IMG/VR virus record: IMGVR_UViG_3300032117_000009
Location: 32,001 to 96,000 of that record
DNA length: 64,000 bases
Source of the DNA: a virus
Direction: 5' to 3' (one strand)
The notes under the pieces are model-generated. The model did no database searches, was not told the DNA's origin, and worked only from the letters and a program-made list of their open reading frames with translations. This document shows positions 18,879-27,888 of this stretch, piece after piece. A program made the position numbers and the translations under genes. Position 1 is the stretch's first letter. Every line of letters begins with the position of its first letter.

Positions 18879-21800
18879 TTACATCTTTCCTTCATCATTT
18901 TGAAAATCTAAACCAGCACCAGTGTTACCATATCCAACTTCACCATCATCAGCAACACCATGCTGCATAGCTTCATTCGCAGCTTCATTATCGCTACCAA
19001 CTGCATTTGCAACACGATAATTTTCTTCAAAATCTTCTAAATTAAACTTTTCGTATTGGCTATCTGTAACAATTTTCATACCTTTTATTATTGTCATTTT
19101 ACGACGAAGTTGCTGCTCTTTAGGAACACCAAAATACATACGACCACCATATTCAGCTACATAACCATCATTATTAGATGCAGTTTTTGTAGAGGCGGTT
19201 TTAAAATCAACAGAATTTCTTTCTCCACAATTAGGGCATGGATTATTTAAAGTTTTCCCAACGAGTGAATCTTTATCAAGATCATCATAATCGCCTAACC
19301 AATCACAGGAAGAGCATTCAACTGGATTATCGTAGATATCAAAATCATAATCGCCATTGTTAAAATCATCATCATATTCATATGAAGAACCAGTTACAGA
19401 AGATTTCTTTGTTTTCTTTGTATCTGTTTTCTTTTTCGTTGGCTTCTTAGGTTGTGATTTCTTTTGATCATCAGATTCTGCTGGGCGCTGCGGTGGAATC
19501 ATACCTGGCATAAGGAACGGGCCTACCATGCTATCTGCATCAGCTTGCGTACCAGGAGTAAGAATATTAGGTGCTGATGGTTGTGATGTTATGTCAGCAA
19601 TGCCTTGTGGTGACATTTGTGCAATCATTTCAGGATTTTCTTGCTGCATATTGTATGCCATGAACTCTTGATAGTATTCAGGAGGAATAGGAAGTTCAAG
19701 AGCAATAAGACGCTCAAAGAGATCTTTTTTAAACCTTTGCTCAGCAACAACAGTTTGAAGTTTTTCTTCTGTCTTAGCTTCAATTTCATCTTTAAATTCA
19801 ATAGGAATATTGATAGCCATAGTTTTAAGAGAAACAGGAAAACCTTGACCAGCAAGCTCCATAACAAATTGACGCTCTACCTGCTCATCTCTTAAGTTCA
19901 TAGATTTAAACTGAACATCAGGGATGGCAAGTTTTGGACGCTCTTCTACGTACTCTTCTCCAGTTTCTTCATTTACAAGAAGAACTGTTTCCATGACAGG
20001 AATTCGAGCATTGCCAACTTTACGATATTCATAATGTCCTTGACGTTCAGCAACAGGACGCATACGTTCTTGAACAAATCTTGCAATCTTCTTCTGGTAT
20101 GTTGTGAGCATGTTAGTAATAAGCTCACGGTTAAGGGCACCAGAGGCATATGGGGCACCGCTCTTACCACCTTGCAGAAGTTCAGCACCAATACCGAACA
20201 CTTGCATAACCTTAGACTCAACACGTAAGAAGTCCTGGTCAAGACGAGGCATAGCTTCTCTACCGAATGCATTCTTAATATCAAGTCCATGGTGATAAGT
20301 CATCAAACGGAAGTCTGAATTGATAGCAAGTGCTAGGTCATCACGAAGTTGTTGAAGCTCAGTAGCGTCAGGAATCCAGGGTCCATCCTCGTCTACGTCT
20401 GGAAGACCAAGGGTAGCAAGAATAAGTGGTGAATATAACCTATCAGCAATAGCGTCTTGAGCAGCATTAAGCGATTCTTCAAGCATAAGCATACGGAAAG
20501 CACGAAGAAGAATTGGGCTACCGTGTTCTGACCATGGGTTAGTATTGTGCGTTACTAACCCAGCAGTTATGTGGGTGTGATAGTCGGCAATACCAATTGC
20601 CATAGTTTCTTCATCTTGTCCTAGCTCAATTTTTATAATTGAATCATAGGGGAAGTTGGATGGACGAGTATTTTTAACCGGAATTTCATCTGGAATGGCT
20701 TTTCTATTGCAAAGGGGTTTAACAAAGCTAGCGAGAATAGACTTTGACTCTTTTTTGCCAACTATTAAGCGATAACCATAGCCAGAATCTGGAGCATAAT
20801 CATATTTTGGAACATCATAGATTCTTGACTCTACGCCTAAGAAAGAAAGAAGTATTTGACAATCTTCAAGCAAAGGACGATTCATACTTGTCCAAACAAC
20901 CATGCCGTTTGAATCTACGTGGCCATCTGTGTCAAAATATCCTGCTAGGAATTCTGACCAAAATTCTTTTCCACCTTCCCAAACAAATGCAGGGACTCTC
21001 TTTGTGTGCGTTGTTTGTCCTCTAACTCCACAATCTACAAGTAGTTGTTTGATTAGATTTGGATTTTTAGTTTTTTCTCCCTGAGAAACAATCCATGAAA
21101 TTTTTGTAGATCCAGCTTGTGAAAGCTTGCAACCATAGGAAGCAACAAACTTATTCATCCAATCAATATTTTCTTGATCTTCATTATGGAACATAATTGT
21201 CTTATGCCCATAACTACCATCGCCAACCATCATTCCAAGGAATCTAGCAATGTCTTTTTCTTCATTGTTGTTTTCTTTATTAGAATAATTGTGTCCAACC
21301 AAAAGGTTTGTTCCAATAGTAAGATCAGAAGCTTCGACCCAACCATTTTCAGTAAGAAATGGGTGCTCTGAGTTAACACCAATCCTTCTACCTTGTTTTG
21401 TTGTAATCCAATAAATTGGCTCTGGATCGTTTATCCCCTGATGACTTACAGTGCTATGTACAATCTTATTGGCAGTCTCATCCCATGCAAGAACTTCATC
21501 GCCAACAGCAAGGTCCTGAGCTTTAATTGGACCAGATGGAGTCATGATATCAGTAGACCCAACAACACATTTAAATTTAATCTGTTTCATAAGAACATCA
21601 GAAACAGGAATTTCTTTATCCTGTCGTGCCCAGGCTACAACATCTGGGTAAAGTTGCATAAGTGCTGCATACTCTGGAGCAGGATCACGAGTATCAATAA
21701 GCTTCTTGATTTCATCAGGCACCTTGATGTGATACTGATAAGTTCTAAGTGCTCTATTCTTAGCTACAATAACGTCATTTGGGTTAATAATCTCGTCATC

Positions 21801-22400
21801 TTCCCAGGCACCAATACCATCGTGCCAAGAACCCATAGCAAAAGCTTCACCTACGGTCCAATGCTCACGGCCAAGGTCAAAAAGGAATTCGTCATAATCA
21901 AGACCATCAAAGAAAAGTTCTTGATAAAAATCAGCAATTTTTGGGTCTTGGTGAGTGAATTCAATATCTAGAAGTGGAAAACGAGTATAGATATCAATAA
22001 GCGAAGGTACGAGATAGTGAGTCGTGTACATAAGACGAGTCCAGTCACGAATCTTCTGAATCTGCTCGTCGGGGTCCTCCATGTTGAACCACCAAGTACG
22101 CTCACGCCAATACTCGAAAGGATCGTGGAGCTTAGGCCATGCCCATTGAGCATCGGTTCCCATAGCAGCACCTGTACGTCTGCCCATACCTTCCATATTG
22201 CGAGCAGATTGCTCATCAAATTGAGAAGATGCAGTTCTACCATCAAGGCGTTTTCTAGCTCTTGATTCAGAAGATTGCTGATTCATCACATCTTGTTTAA
22301 AAGATCCAGGAAGAATGAGCTTTTTAGCAGCAGCTCTTGATGCAGCTGCTTTGCGAATAGGTTCCCTTGGTAGGGTCAAGCCCTCGCCGTTATTAGCCAT
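18879..22400 (-). CDS. Portal protein, intein-containing
   Basis: Portal-like core (YTTHYLVPSLIDIYTRFPL...NPWSEHGSPILLRAFR...AIADRLYSP) upstream of the protease; about 831 aa after removal of the 342-aa intein. Confidence 0.8.
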   Translation of the reverse strand: MANNGEGLTLPREPIRKAAASRAAAKKLILPGSFKQDVMNQQSSESRARKRLDGRTASSQFDEQSARNMEGMGRRTGAAMGTDAQWAWPKLHDPFEYWRERTWWFNMEDPDEQIQKIRDWTRLMYTTHYLVPSLIDIYTRFPLLDIEFTHQDPKIADFYQELFFDGLDYDEFLFDLGREHWTVGEAFAMGSWHDGIGAWEDDEIINPNDVIVAKNRALRTYQYHIKVPDEIKKLIDTRDPAPEYAALMQLYPDVVAWARQDKEIPVSDVLMKQIKFKCVVGSTDIMTPSGPIKAQDLAVGDEVLAWDETANKIVHSTVSHQGINDPEPIYWITTKQGRRIGVNSEHPFLTENGWVEASDLTIGTNLLVGHNYSNKENNNEEKDIARFLGMMVGDGSYGHKTIMFHNEDQENIDWMNKFVASYGCKLSQAGSTKISWIVSQGEKTKNPNLIKQLLVDCGVRGQTTHTKRVPAFVWEGGKEFWSEFLAGYFDTDGHVDSNGMVVWTSMNRPLLEDCQILLSFLGVESRIYDVPKYDYAPDSGYGYRLIVGKKESKSILASFVKPLCNRKAIPDEIPVKNTRPSNFPYDSIIKIELGQDEETMAIGIADYHTHITAGLVTHNTNPWSEHGSPILLRAFRMLMLEESLNAAQDAIADRLYSPLILATLGLPDVDEDGPWIPDATELQQLRDDLALAINSDFRLMTYHHGLDIKNAFGREAMPRLDQDFLRVESKVMQVFGIGAELLQGGKSGAPYASGALNRELITNMLTTYQKKIARFVQERMRPVAERQGHYEYRKVGNARIPVMETVLLVNEETGEEYVEERPKLAIPDVQFKSMNLRDEQVERQFVMELAGQGFPVSLKTMAINIPIEFKDEIEAKTEEKLQTVVAEQRFKKDLFERLIALELPIPPEYYQEFMAYNMQQENPEMIAQMSPQGIADITSQPSAPNILTPGTQADADSMVGPFLMPGMIPPQRPAESDDQKKSQPKKPTKKKTDTKKTKKSSVTGSSYEYDDDFNNGDYDFDIYDNPVECSSCDWLGDYDDLDKDSLVGKTLNNPCPNCGERNSVDFKTASTKTASNNDGYVAEYGGRMYFGVPKEQQLRRKMTIIKGMKIVTDSQYEKFNLEDFEENYRVANAVGSDNEAANEAMQHGVADDGEVGYGNTGAGLDFQNDEGKM
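20544..21569 (-). mobile_element. Intein with LAGLIDADG homing endonuclease (342 aa)
   Basis: Begins with C1 (K|CVVGSTD), block B GVNSEHPFLT, LAGLIDADG motifs FLGMMVGDG and FLAGYFDTDG, ends VTHN|T with a +1 Thr. Confidence 0.95.
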
Positions 22401-22414
22401 GGTCTACTTTCTTA

Positions 22415-22597
22415 TTAGTGATTGCAACTTGGGCAATACCCTTCAGCATACGGTGGGACTTCTGATCCACAATTACCGCACAATGAAGGAGCTCCAGAAA
22501 TGTGGATTCCACCTTCTATTGTATTACCTGAAAGAGTCCAATTTGTTGCTAATTTTCTTTTTGCTGATTGTCTAATATTTTGCTGACGATCTGCCAT
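22415..22597 (-). CDS. Small Zn-ribbon protein
   Basis: CGNC...CPSC; TAATG-coupled to the preceding gene. Confidence 0.6.
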   Translation of the reverse strand: MADRQQNIRQSAKRKLATNWTLSGNTIEGGIHISGAPSLCGNCGSEVPPYAEGYCPSCNH

Positions 22598-23328
22598 TAC
22601 ATTTGACCCCCTGGAGTAAACATCTCTTCAATTTCTGTCTGGTTATAGCCAGTATTACCAGTATTACCAACCCAGCTTGTTTCTCTACCAAATGGCTTGC
22701 TAGAGTTAACAACAAGGTTTGGTTGACCAAGGCGACCATTGACAGCGTTGGCATTAGCAGCCATGCGCTCAGCAGAAAGGTCTACAAACATGTTTGCTAC
22801 TGACCAATCAATAATTCCACCATCATTAGCTGTTGTAGAAGTTAAAGTAGCTTGAAGGCGGTATGAAGGAACCATATAGTCAGATGTTACTTGAAGAATT
22901 GAATCTTTATCTGAAACGCTTACTACTAGAGGGCTGCCAATACTAATCCAGTCATTAGCATCAGAAGCAAATCTTTTAAAAGATCCTTGAAGCTGGACAG
23001 ATGCGGTTCCTACCCAACTTGGTTCTGGATTCAGGTTGATGGTAATAGAGCCAATATCATTACCGCCAGTTCCTGATCCAAGAGAGAACCTGCAAGAAGT
23101 GCTGTAGATCCACTGAGGATTTGTTCCAGCAGTATAATTAAGGAACATTCCAGGGACAACGTTACCCTGTTTAAAAGTTCTTTGTGGGAAAGAACCGCTA
23201 CCAACAGTCAATGTAGAGTTTGGCGCATTGACATTAATAAAATTGTAAGTAGCTCCGTATCCACTATATCCATTTGCTGGTATTCCTGCTATGTAGGCAC
23301 CTTGTCCTACTCCTGAAGCAAATTGCAT
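22597..23328 (-). CDS. Probable virion protein, unknown function
   Basis: Strong SD (AGGAGA), Gly/Ser/Thr-rich beta composition, next to the head module. Confidence 0.45.
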   Translation of the reverse strand: MQFASGVGQGAYIAGIPANGYSGYGATYNFINVNAPNSTLTVGSGSFPQRTFKQGNVVPGMFLNYTAGTNPQWIYSTSCRFSLGSGTGGNDIGSITINLNPEPSWVGTASVQLQGSFKRFASDANDWISIGSPLVVSVSDKDSILQVTSDYMVPSYRLQATLTSTTANDGGIIDWSVANMFVDLSAERMAANANAVNGRLGQPNLVVNSSKPFGRETSWVGNTGNTGYNQTEIEEMFTPGGQM

Positions 23329-23342
23329 AATATTTCTCCTAT

Positions 23343-23918
23343 TTAGACCTCAGCGTTAAATTTGAATTCTCCGCTAAGGACCTTTAACGCATGATTAGCA
23401 AGGTCTTCGTCGGAAAAATCTTTTGAAGATTCTTGTGGTTTAATAATACCATCAAACATTTTATCAAATTGTTGTTCAGATGTTATAACTGGTTTTTCTA
23501 TTACTGGTGGTGCTTGAACTTGAGAAATAATTTCTGGAACTTCAATTTCTGCAACTTCTTCTTTTAATTCTTCAATTATTGAATATAATTGTTGAATTTT
23601 TAAGTTTGTCGTTTTTATATAATTTTTGATAGAATCAAATTCATTCTTACCGTAATATTTTTTTAAATAATCTACGCAAATTTGCCATACAAATGGTAAA
23701 TCTTCTTTTAAACCGTTAAGGTAAATAAGATCACCATCTGGTCTTACTTTAAATTCAAATTCACGGCCCTCGGAATCTAATAAAACTCCAGTAATTTCTT
23801 TTGGCGTTGTTTTGAACTCAACAATGTCAACTATACCGCAAATATTTGCATATTCTTTTTTTGGAATTTCTTCCGTTTTGTTAATTCGTTGGGTTTTTGA
23901 AAACCAGTTGATAATCAC
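23343..23918 (-). CDS. Hypothetical protein
   Basis: ORF in operon with a coiled-coil centre. Confidence 0.5.
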   Translation of the reverse strand: MIINWFSKTQRINKTEEIPKKEYANICGIVDIVEFKTTPKEITGVLLDSEGREFEFKVRPDGDLIYLNGLKEDLPFVWQICVDYLKKYYGKNEFDSIKNYIKTTNLKIQQLYSIIEELKEEVAEIEVPEIISQVQAPPVIEKPVITSEQQFDKMFDGIIKPQESSKDFSDEDLANHALKVLSGEFKFNAEV

Positions 23919-24372
23919 TCTTCTTCTCCATTGAGGCCTTGCGGTCCTCCCAGACTACACAGAATTCTTTTTCTCCAACTACAAGGACAGAACCCTGTAC
24001 TTTGTTACCTTTTTTATTAGCAAAAATAACTTTTGCACCAGCAATTGTTGGAGATTTTGTAGAAGCAACAACGACCATCTGAATATCTTTTCGAGCTTGA
24101 CGCTTACGAAAACCTGAAGCTTGAGCAGCAGTTCTCATATATGGAGCAGTTTGCTGAGCTGGGTTTTCATATGGATTTTCATGCTTATTGCTGTAGTTAT
24201 CACGATCAATTTCAGCAGCCCAAGCAGCACGAGAATCGTCTACAGTTTGACGATTTTGTTGAGCGTCATTTTGTACAGTGTTCATGTAATCATATGGCAT
24301 TGGTGAACCTGGAAGGGCAAAGTCTGCAGCAACATCACCGGCACTAAAGTCTTCTGTTGTGTAGTTATCCAT
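23881..24372 (-). CDS. Hypothetical protein with SH3-like C-terminus
   Basis: Strong SD TAAGGAG; acidic N-terminus, RTAA motif, then GAKVIF...QGSVLVV...FCVVWED. Confidence 0.5.
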   Translation of the reverse strand: MDNYTTEDFSAGDVAADFALPGSPMPYDYMNTVQNDAQQNRQTVDDSRAAWAAEIDRDNYSNKHENPYENPAQQTAPYMRTAAQASGFRKRQARKDIQMVVVASTKSPTIAGAKVIFANKKGNKVQGSVLVVGEKEFCVVWEDRKASMEKKSDYQLVFKNPTN

Positions 24373-24480
24373 GATTATTTCTCCTTAAATAAAATCTATA
24401 CCAAATTGGTTAATCAATGCAATGAATCTATTCATTATTTTGATTGCACTTCTTATATCTATTTCTAGCAATATTAACAG

Positions 24481-25383
24481 TTACCATTCTATTTTATGAC
24501 TTGATACCATTGTACCATGTTCATAATCTGCAACTGGGTGGTCATGATCGCATGCATAAGCTCCATGTTTATGAGCTTCATCATAAACTTTTAAAAGGTC
24601 TTTTTCATTATAACCTTGAAGCCAATTGTTTCTAAATCCATGATGATTAATGAGATGATTTTTCAAACTTTCGTATGAAGCATGTTTATGAGATCTAGGA
24701 TAAATACCATCGCCATTACTATCAAGACCATTAACTTGTTCTCTTGTCATATTTCTTGGTGGTCTAAATGATCTTGGAGCATTTATTATTGTGTGCAAAT
24801 CTTCTGCAACATCTGGGGTTAATGCAGACTGATCGTTTGCTTGAAGCATGCTAGCATCTTCATAAGTATCTTGCGTAGTCATGCCAGGGCTTTTTGCAAT
24901 TTTTAATTTACCTTTATTACAATTAGGACAAGTTTCTCCAACGCCACCAAAAAAATCTGTTTCGTCGTCATCACCAGGATCTAATTCTTCTCCACATTGA
25001 TCACATTCTAAATCTATAGATGGAGCAGCTTTATAAACCCTTGCAGAAACAGAAAAACCATTTTCTTCTCCAAGAATTTCTCCATTATCAGAGCATCTTG
25101 GACAATATATTAAAGTATCGCCACTTTGTGTATGTGGGTACCCTTGCGATGAAGGAAAAGAACTATGGCAACCGGCACAATAAGATGTTGAAGATTCTTT
25201 TTTATTTTTTCTTTCCCAACCCATTCTTTTATAAAGGTCGTCAAGAATAATATCTCTTGTCCTTGGAACATGAACATCATCCTGTTGACCAGGGCAATAT
25301 GTTGTTCCACGACTATCAACCCAGTCTTCATTATCATTTGGGTAAATGCTGTCACCACAATGCCAGCAAATAGCTTTTTCCAT
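24481..25383 (-). CDS. Modular Zn-ribbon protein (putative cargo polyprotein)
   Basis: Three Cys-pair modules plus a His-rich module, separated by KESS, YKAA, KIAK and KHAS. Confidence 0.6.
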   Translation of the reverse strand: MEKAICWHCGDSIYPNDNEDWVDSRGTTYCPGQQDDVHVPRTRDIILDDLYKRMGWERKNKKESSTSYCAGCHSSFPSSQGYPHTQSGDTLIYCPRCSDNGEILGEENGFSVSARVYKAAPSIDLECDQCGEELDPGDDDETDFFGGVGETCPNCNKGKLKIAKSPGMTTQDTYEDASMLQANDQSALTPDVAEDLHTIINAPRSFRPPRNMTREQVNGLDSNGDGIYPRSHKHASYESLKNHLINHHGFRNNWLQGYNEKDLLKVYDEAHKHGAYACDHDHPVADYEHGTMVSSHKIEW

Positions 25384-25385
25384 GT

Positions 25386-26819
25386 TTACGAATTTCTGTA
25401 ATTACGAGACTTACGCTTGCAATCTTCTACAGATGTACAAGGTGTGTCTCCATGCTGACGGTGCCAATCTTCGTGAAGATCATCGTGGAGTTGTGTTTCT
25501 GCTTCTGGCTCACCATTTTCACGCATATTATCCATATTGTCATAACGTGAAGCTTTAGCAGCACAATCTTCTTCTGATGTGCAAGGTGAGTCACCATACA
25601 TAGCATGCCAATCATCGTGGCCTTGATCATGGCGCATTACATCGCTCATATTATGATTGTAAGCTGGGCAACCAATTGAACCGTAATGGTCACCATATGG
25701 GTCTAGTTCTCCACCACATTGTCCACAAGAACCACATGCTCCACAGCCAGCACCATCACAATTAGGGCAATAATCACCATCAGCCATGTGAGCAGTGACC
25801 CAAGTAGAACCATGCTTGCTTTGCATCATAGCACGAAAAGATGCCTCAGCTTTTTCTTTTGAATCATGGTGAGAAAGGACTTTTCCTGTTCCCTTTTGAA
25901 GAATAACCCAGGAATCGCCACGCTTCTCAATGTACTTGTTAGCTGTACGTGAAGATGTGTGCCCCTGCTCGTCTTCCATAGGAGTATGAAATGACCCATC
26001 TGGGCATTGGCCATCTTTTTGACCAAAAATTACACCGCTCTCCCAGTACTTATCGTATGGGTTCCAGTCAATTCTTTGATTACAATTTTTGCAAGAAGAC
26101 CGTTCACCACCGTGGTAACCACCATAATCCCATTCAGATGCTAATTTGCGTGAAGCATCACGTTCCCAATCAAATGGTCGCTTACCTTTTTGAACATCCT
26201 TATGGTCTTCTTCCTTCCAATCATAAGGATTACTTTCTGGTCTTATGTTTTCAACATGACCTTTACCAAACGATGAACCATCTTCATCATTTGAATAATC
26301 ATCGTAATTTTTATTTTTATTTTTTCTGTCAATTAATTTTTGTATGCCATAAGAAGTAGCAGCCATTCCTCCTGCGATAAGATCACCAAGTGGGGTAAGA
26401 TACATTTCAGAAGATTCATGGCGAGAAGCATTCTTGCTTCTGCAAGCTTTGCAAAGTGGTGAATCTGAGTCTAGCTCACCATCAGCGCACTTTTCACAAG
26501 TTGACTTTGCAAACTTACGATTCTTGCCACAATTACAATCCTCGCACTTAGCATGACGAAGTGACCATTCAGTGTGAAGGGCTTTTACAAGCTTTGTCTT
26601 TGAATCTGATACATTGGCAAGGCGTGAAAAAGCAATTTTAGAAATCTGATCATCTACCATCTCACAACGTTGGGCAAATTCACCATCTGTGTGAGCGTTG
26701 AAAAGGAAATCACCAGTAACCTGGAGGGCATCATACTTAGCAGCGATAAGTGACTTACCTGCTGTCTTAGCCTGGAAAACGATCTCTTGTGAATCATCAA
26801 AATCGAACATGGAAGACAT
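25386..26819 (-). CDS. Modular head-associated protein (putative cargo polyprotein)
   Basis: Strong SD; N-terminal helical domain followed by Cys/His modules separated by KTAG, KFAK, KNASRHESS, RDASRKLAS and RTAN. Confidence 0.6.
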   Translation of the reverse strand: MSSMFDFDDSQEIVFQAKTAGKSLIAAKYDALQVTGDFLFNAHTDGEFAQRCEMVDDQISKIAFSRLANVSDSKTKLVKALHTEWSLRHAKCEDCNCGKNRKFAKSTCEKCADGELDSDSPLCKACRSKNASRHESSEMYLTPLGDLIAGGMAATSYGIQKLIDRKNKNKNYDDYSNDEDGSSFGKGHVENIRPESNPYDWKEEDHKDVQKGKRPFDWERDASRKLASEWDYGGYHGGERSSCKNCNQRIDWNPYDKYWESGVIFGQKDGQCPDGSFHTPMEDEQGHTSSRTANKYIEKRGDSWVILQKGTGKVLSHHDSKEKAEASFRAMMQSKHGSTWVTAHMADGDYCPNCDGAGCGACGSCGQCGGELDPYGDHYGSIGCPAYNHNMSDVMRHDQGHDDWHAMYGDSPCTSEEDCAAKASRYDNMDNMRENGEPEAETQLHDDLHEDWHRQHGDTPCTSVEDCKRKSRNYRNS

Positions 26820-26938
26820 TTTATCTCCTTAGGTTAGGTGTAATCTGCCATTGAAGGCGCTGGGCATAGAAACAGAAAAATGCTTCTAGTTTCATCAACT
26901 AAGACGATTCTAGAAGCATAATAAATACATTGTTGGCC

Positions 26939-27367
26939 TTAAAAGTTAAACCCATGCTCTCTGAGCTTTTGTCTTGCGTAAGGAACAACCATTTTCCCCA
27001 TGTTTTTTGTACTATAGTCGCCTTGTTTTTCATCAGAATTATATTTTTCTAATTCATGAACATCAGAAGGGTAATAATCAAATTCTGGGTCTGGATCTTC
27101 TTCTTCAAAACCTTCCAAATATTTTAAAAATTTTTGGTAATAATTACGTATATTTTCACTATCTTGAGGCCCATCAACATCAAAATGTCTTACACCGTCA
27201 TACCATTTTTCATTAGGGATTTCACAAGTCCAATGCTGAGCATCATCAAAATTACTTGAAGCAAATTTAACTATTGGCCAATTTGTTATATGATGAACTG
27301 CCCATGCAAAAGCATCGCAATGTCCATGCTTATAATTAAGTTCATGTGGTTGTACATTATCACTCAT
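26939..27367 (-). CDS. Hypothetical protein (possible papain-like Cys/His: GHCDAFA...HWTCE...DVDG)
   Basis: ORF downstream of the tRNA cluster; C...H...D spacing. Confidence 0.4.
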   Translation of the reverse strand: MSDNVQPHELNYKHGHCDAFAWAVHHITNWPIVKFASSNFDDAQHWTCEIPNEKWYDGVRHFDVDGPQDSENIRNYYQKFLKYLEGFEEEDPDPEFDYYPSDVHELEKYNSDEKQGDYSTKNMGKMVVPYARQKLREHGFNF

Positions 27368-27403
27368 ATTACTATGACCAATCTATAAACAAATTACATA
27401 AAG

Positions 27404-27479
27404 TGGAGCGTGTGAGGATCGAACTCACCTAATAAAGAGATATAAGCTCTTCGGATGCTACCAGCTTACCTTACGCTCC
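27404..27479 (-). tRNA. trnI: tRNA-Ile(UAU)
   Basis: Acceptor GGAGCGT/ACGCTCC, anticodon arm AAGAG-CTTATAT-CTCTT, T arm GTGAG-TTCGATC-CTCAC; D arm imperfect; no encoded CCA. Confidence 0.7.
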
Positions 27480-27494
27480 AAAATTATTATTTTG

Positions 27495-27579
27495 CGGATA
27501 CGGTGTGATTCGAACACACGGTTGCTTTCACAACGCTGGTTTTCAAGACCAGTCCATTAGTCCACTCTGGCACGTATCC
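27495..27579 (-). tRNA. trnS: tRNA-Ser(UGA)
   Basis: Anticodon arm CTGGT-CTTGAAA-ACCAG, long variable arm, G73. Confidence 0.93.
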
Positions 27580-27590
27580 TAAAATTATAG

Positions 27591-27672
27591 TGGAAGCGGT
27601 AGGATTCGAACCTACGAACTCTGAGAGAACAGTTTTACAGACTGCCTGCTTTAGCCACTTGCATACACTTCC
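27591..27672 (-). tRNA. trnY: tRNA-Tyr(GUA)
   Basis: Anticodon arm GCAGT-CTGTAAA-ACTGT, variable arm, TTCGAAT loop. Confidence 0.93.
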
Positions 27673-27673
27673 T

Positions 27674-27749
27674 TGGGGTGACCGATGGGACTTGAACCCA
27701 CAACCGCTCGGGCCACATCCGAGTGCTCTACCAATTGAGCTACGGCCAC
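27674..27749 (-). tRNA. trnH: tRNA-His(GUG)
   Basis: Anticodon arm CTCGG-ATGTGGC-CCGAG, C73 and encoded CCA; position -1 is T, not G. Confidence 0.9.
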
Positions 27750-27753
27750 ATTT

Positions 27754-27811
27754 AGATAGGTCCTGATAGCCACTCCAGGTTGATCTACTATATAGATCGG
27801 CATTACCTACC
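27754..27811 (-). ncRNA. D-armless tRNA-like three-way-junction element
   Basis: GGTAGGT-AATGCC-GATCT-ATATAGT-AGATC-AA-CCTGG-AGTGGCTA-TCAGG-ACCTATC-T: a 7-bp, a 5-bp and a 5-bp stem that fill the spacer between tRNA-Pro and tRNA-His. Confidence 0.5.
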
Positions 27812-27815
27812 ATAG

Positions 27816-27888
27816 TCGGGTTGGAGAGACTCGAACTCTCGGCCTCATGCTCCCAAAGCATGCGATCTACCTACTGATCTACAACCCG
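27816..27888 (-). tRNA. trnP: tRNA-Pro(UGG)
   Basis: Acceptor CGGGTTG/CAACCCG, D stem GATC/GATC, anticodon arm CATGC-TTTGGGA-GCATG. Confidence 0.92.

Noticed and set aside
1-26819. Terminase, tail sheath, tail tube and tape-measure genes
   Set aside because: No ORF in the window shows their motifs or size; they are presumably outside the window.
26881-26918. Inverted repeat TGCTTCTAG...CTAGAAGCA upstream of 25386..26819
   Set aside because: It is a single short hairpin with a long loop; terminator, operator and chance cannot be distinguished, so it is not called as a feature.
27487-27861. 124-aa minus-strand ORF
   Set aside because: It overlaps four tRNA genes and is a chance open frame through structured RNA.
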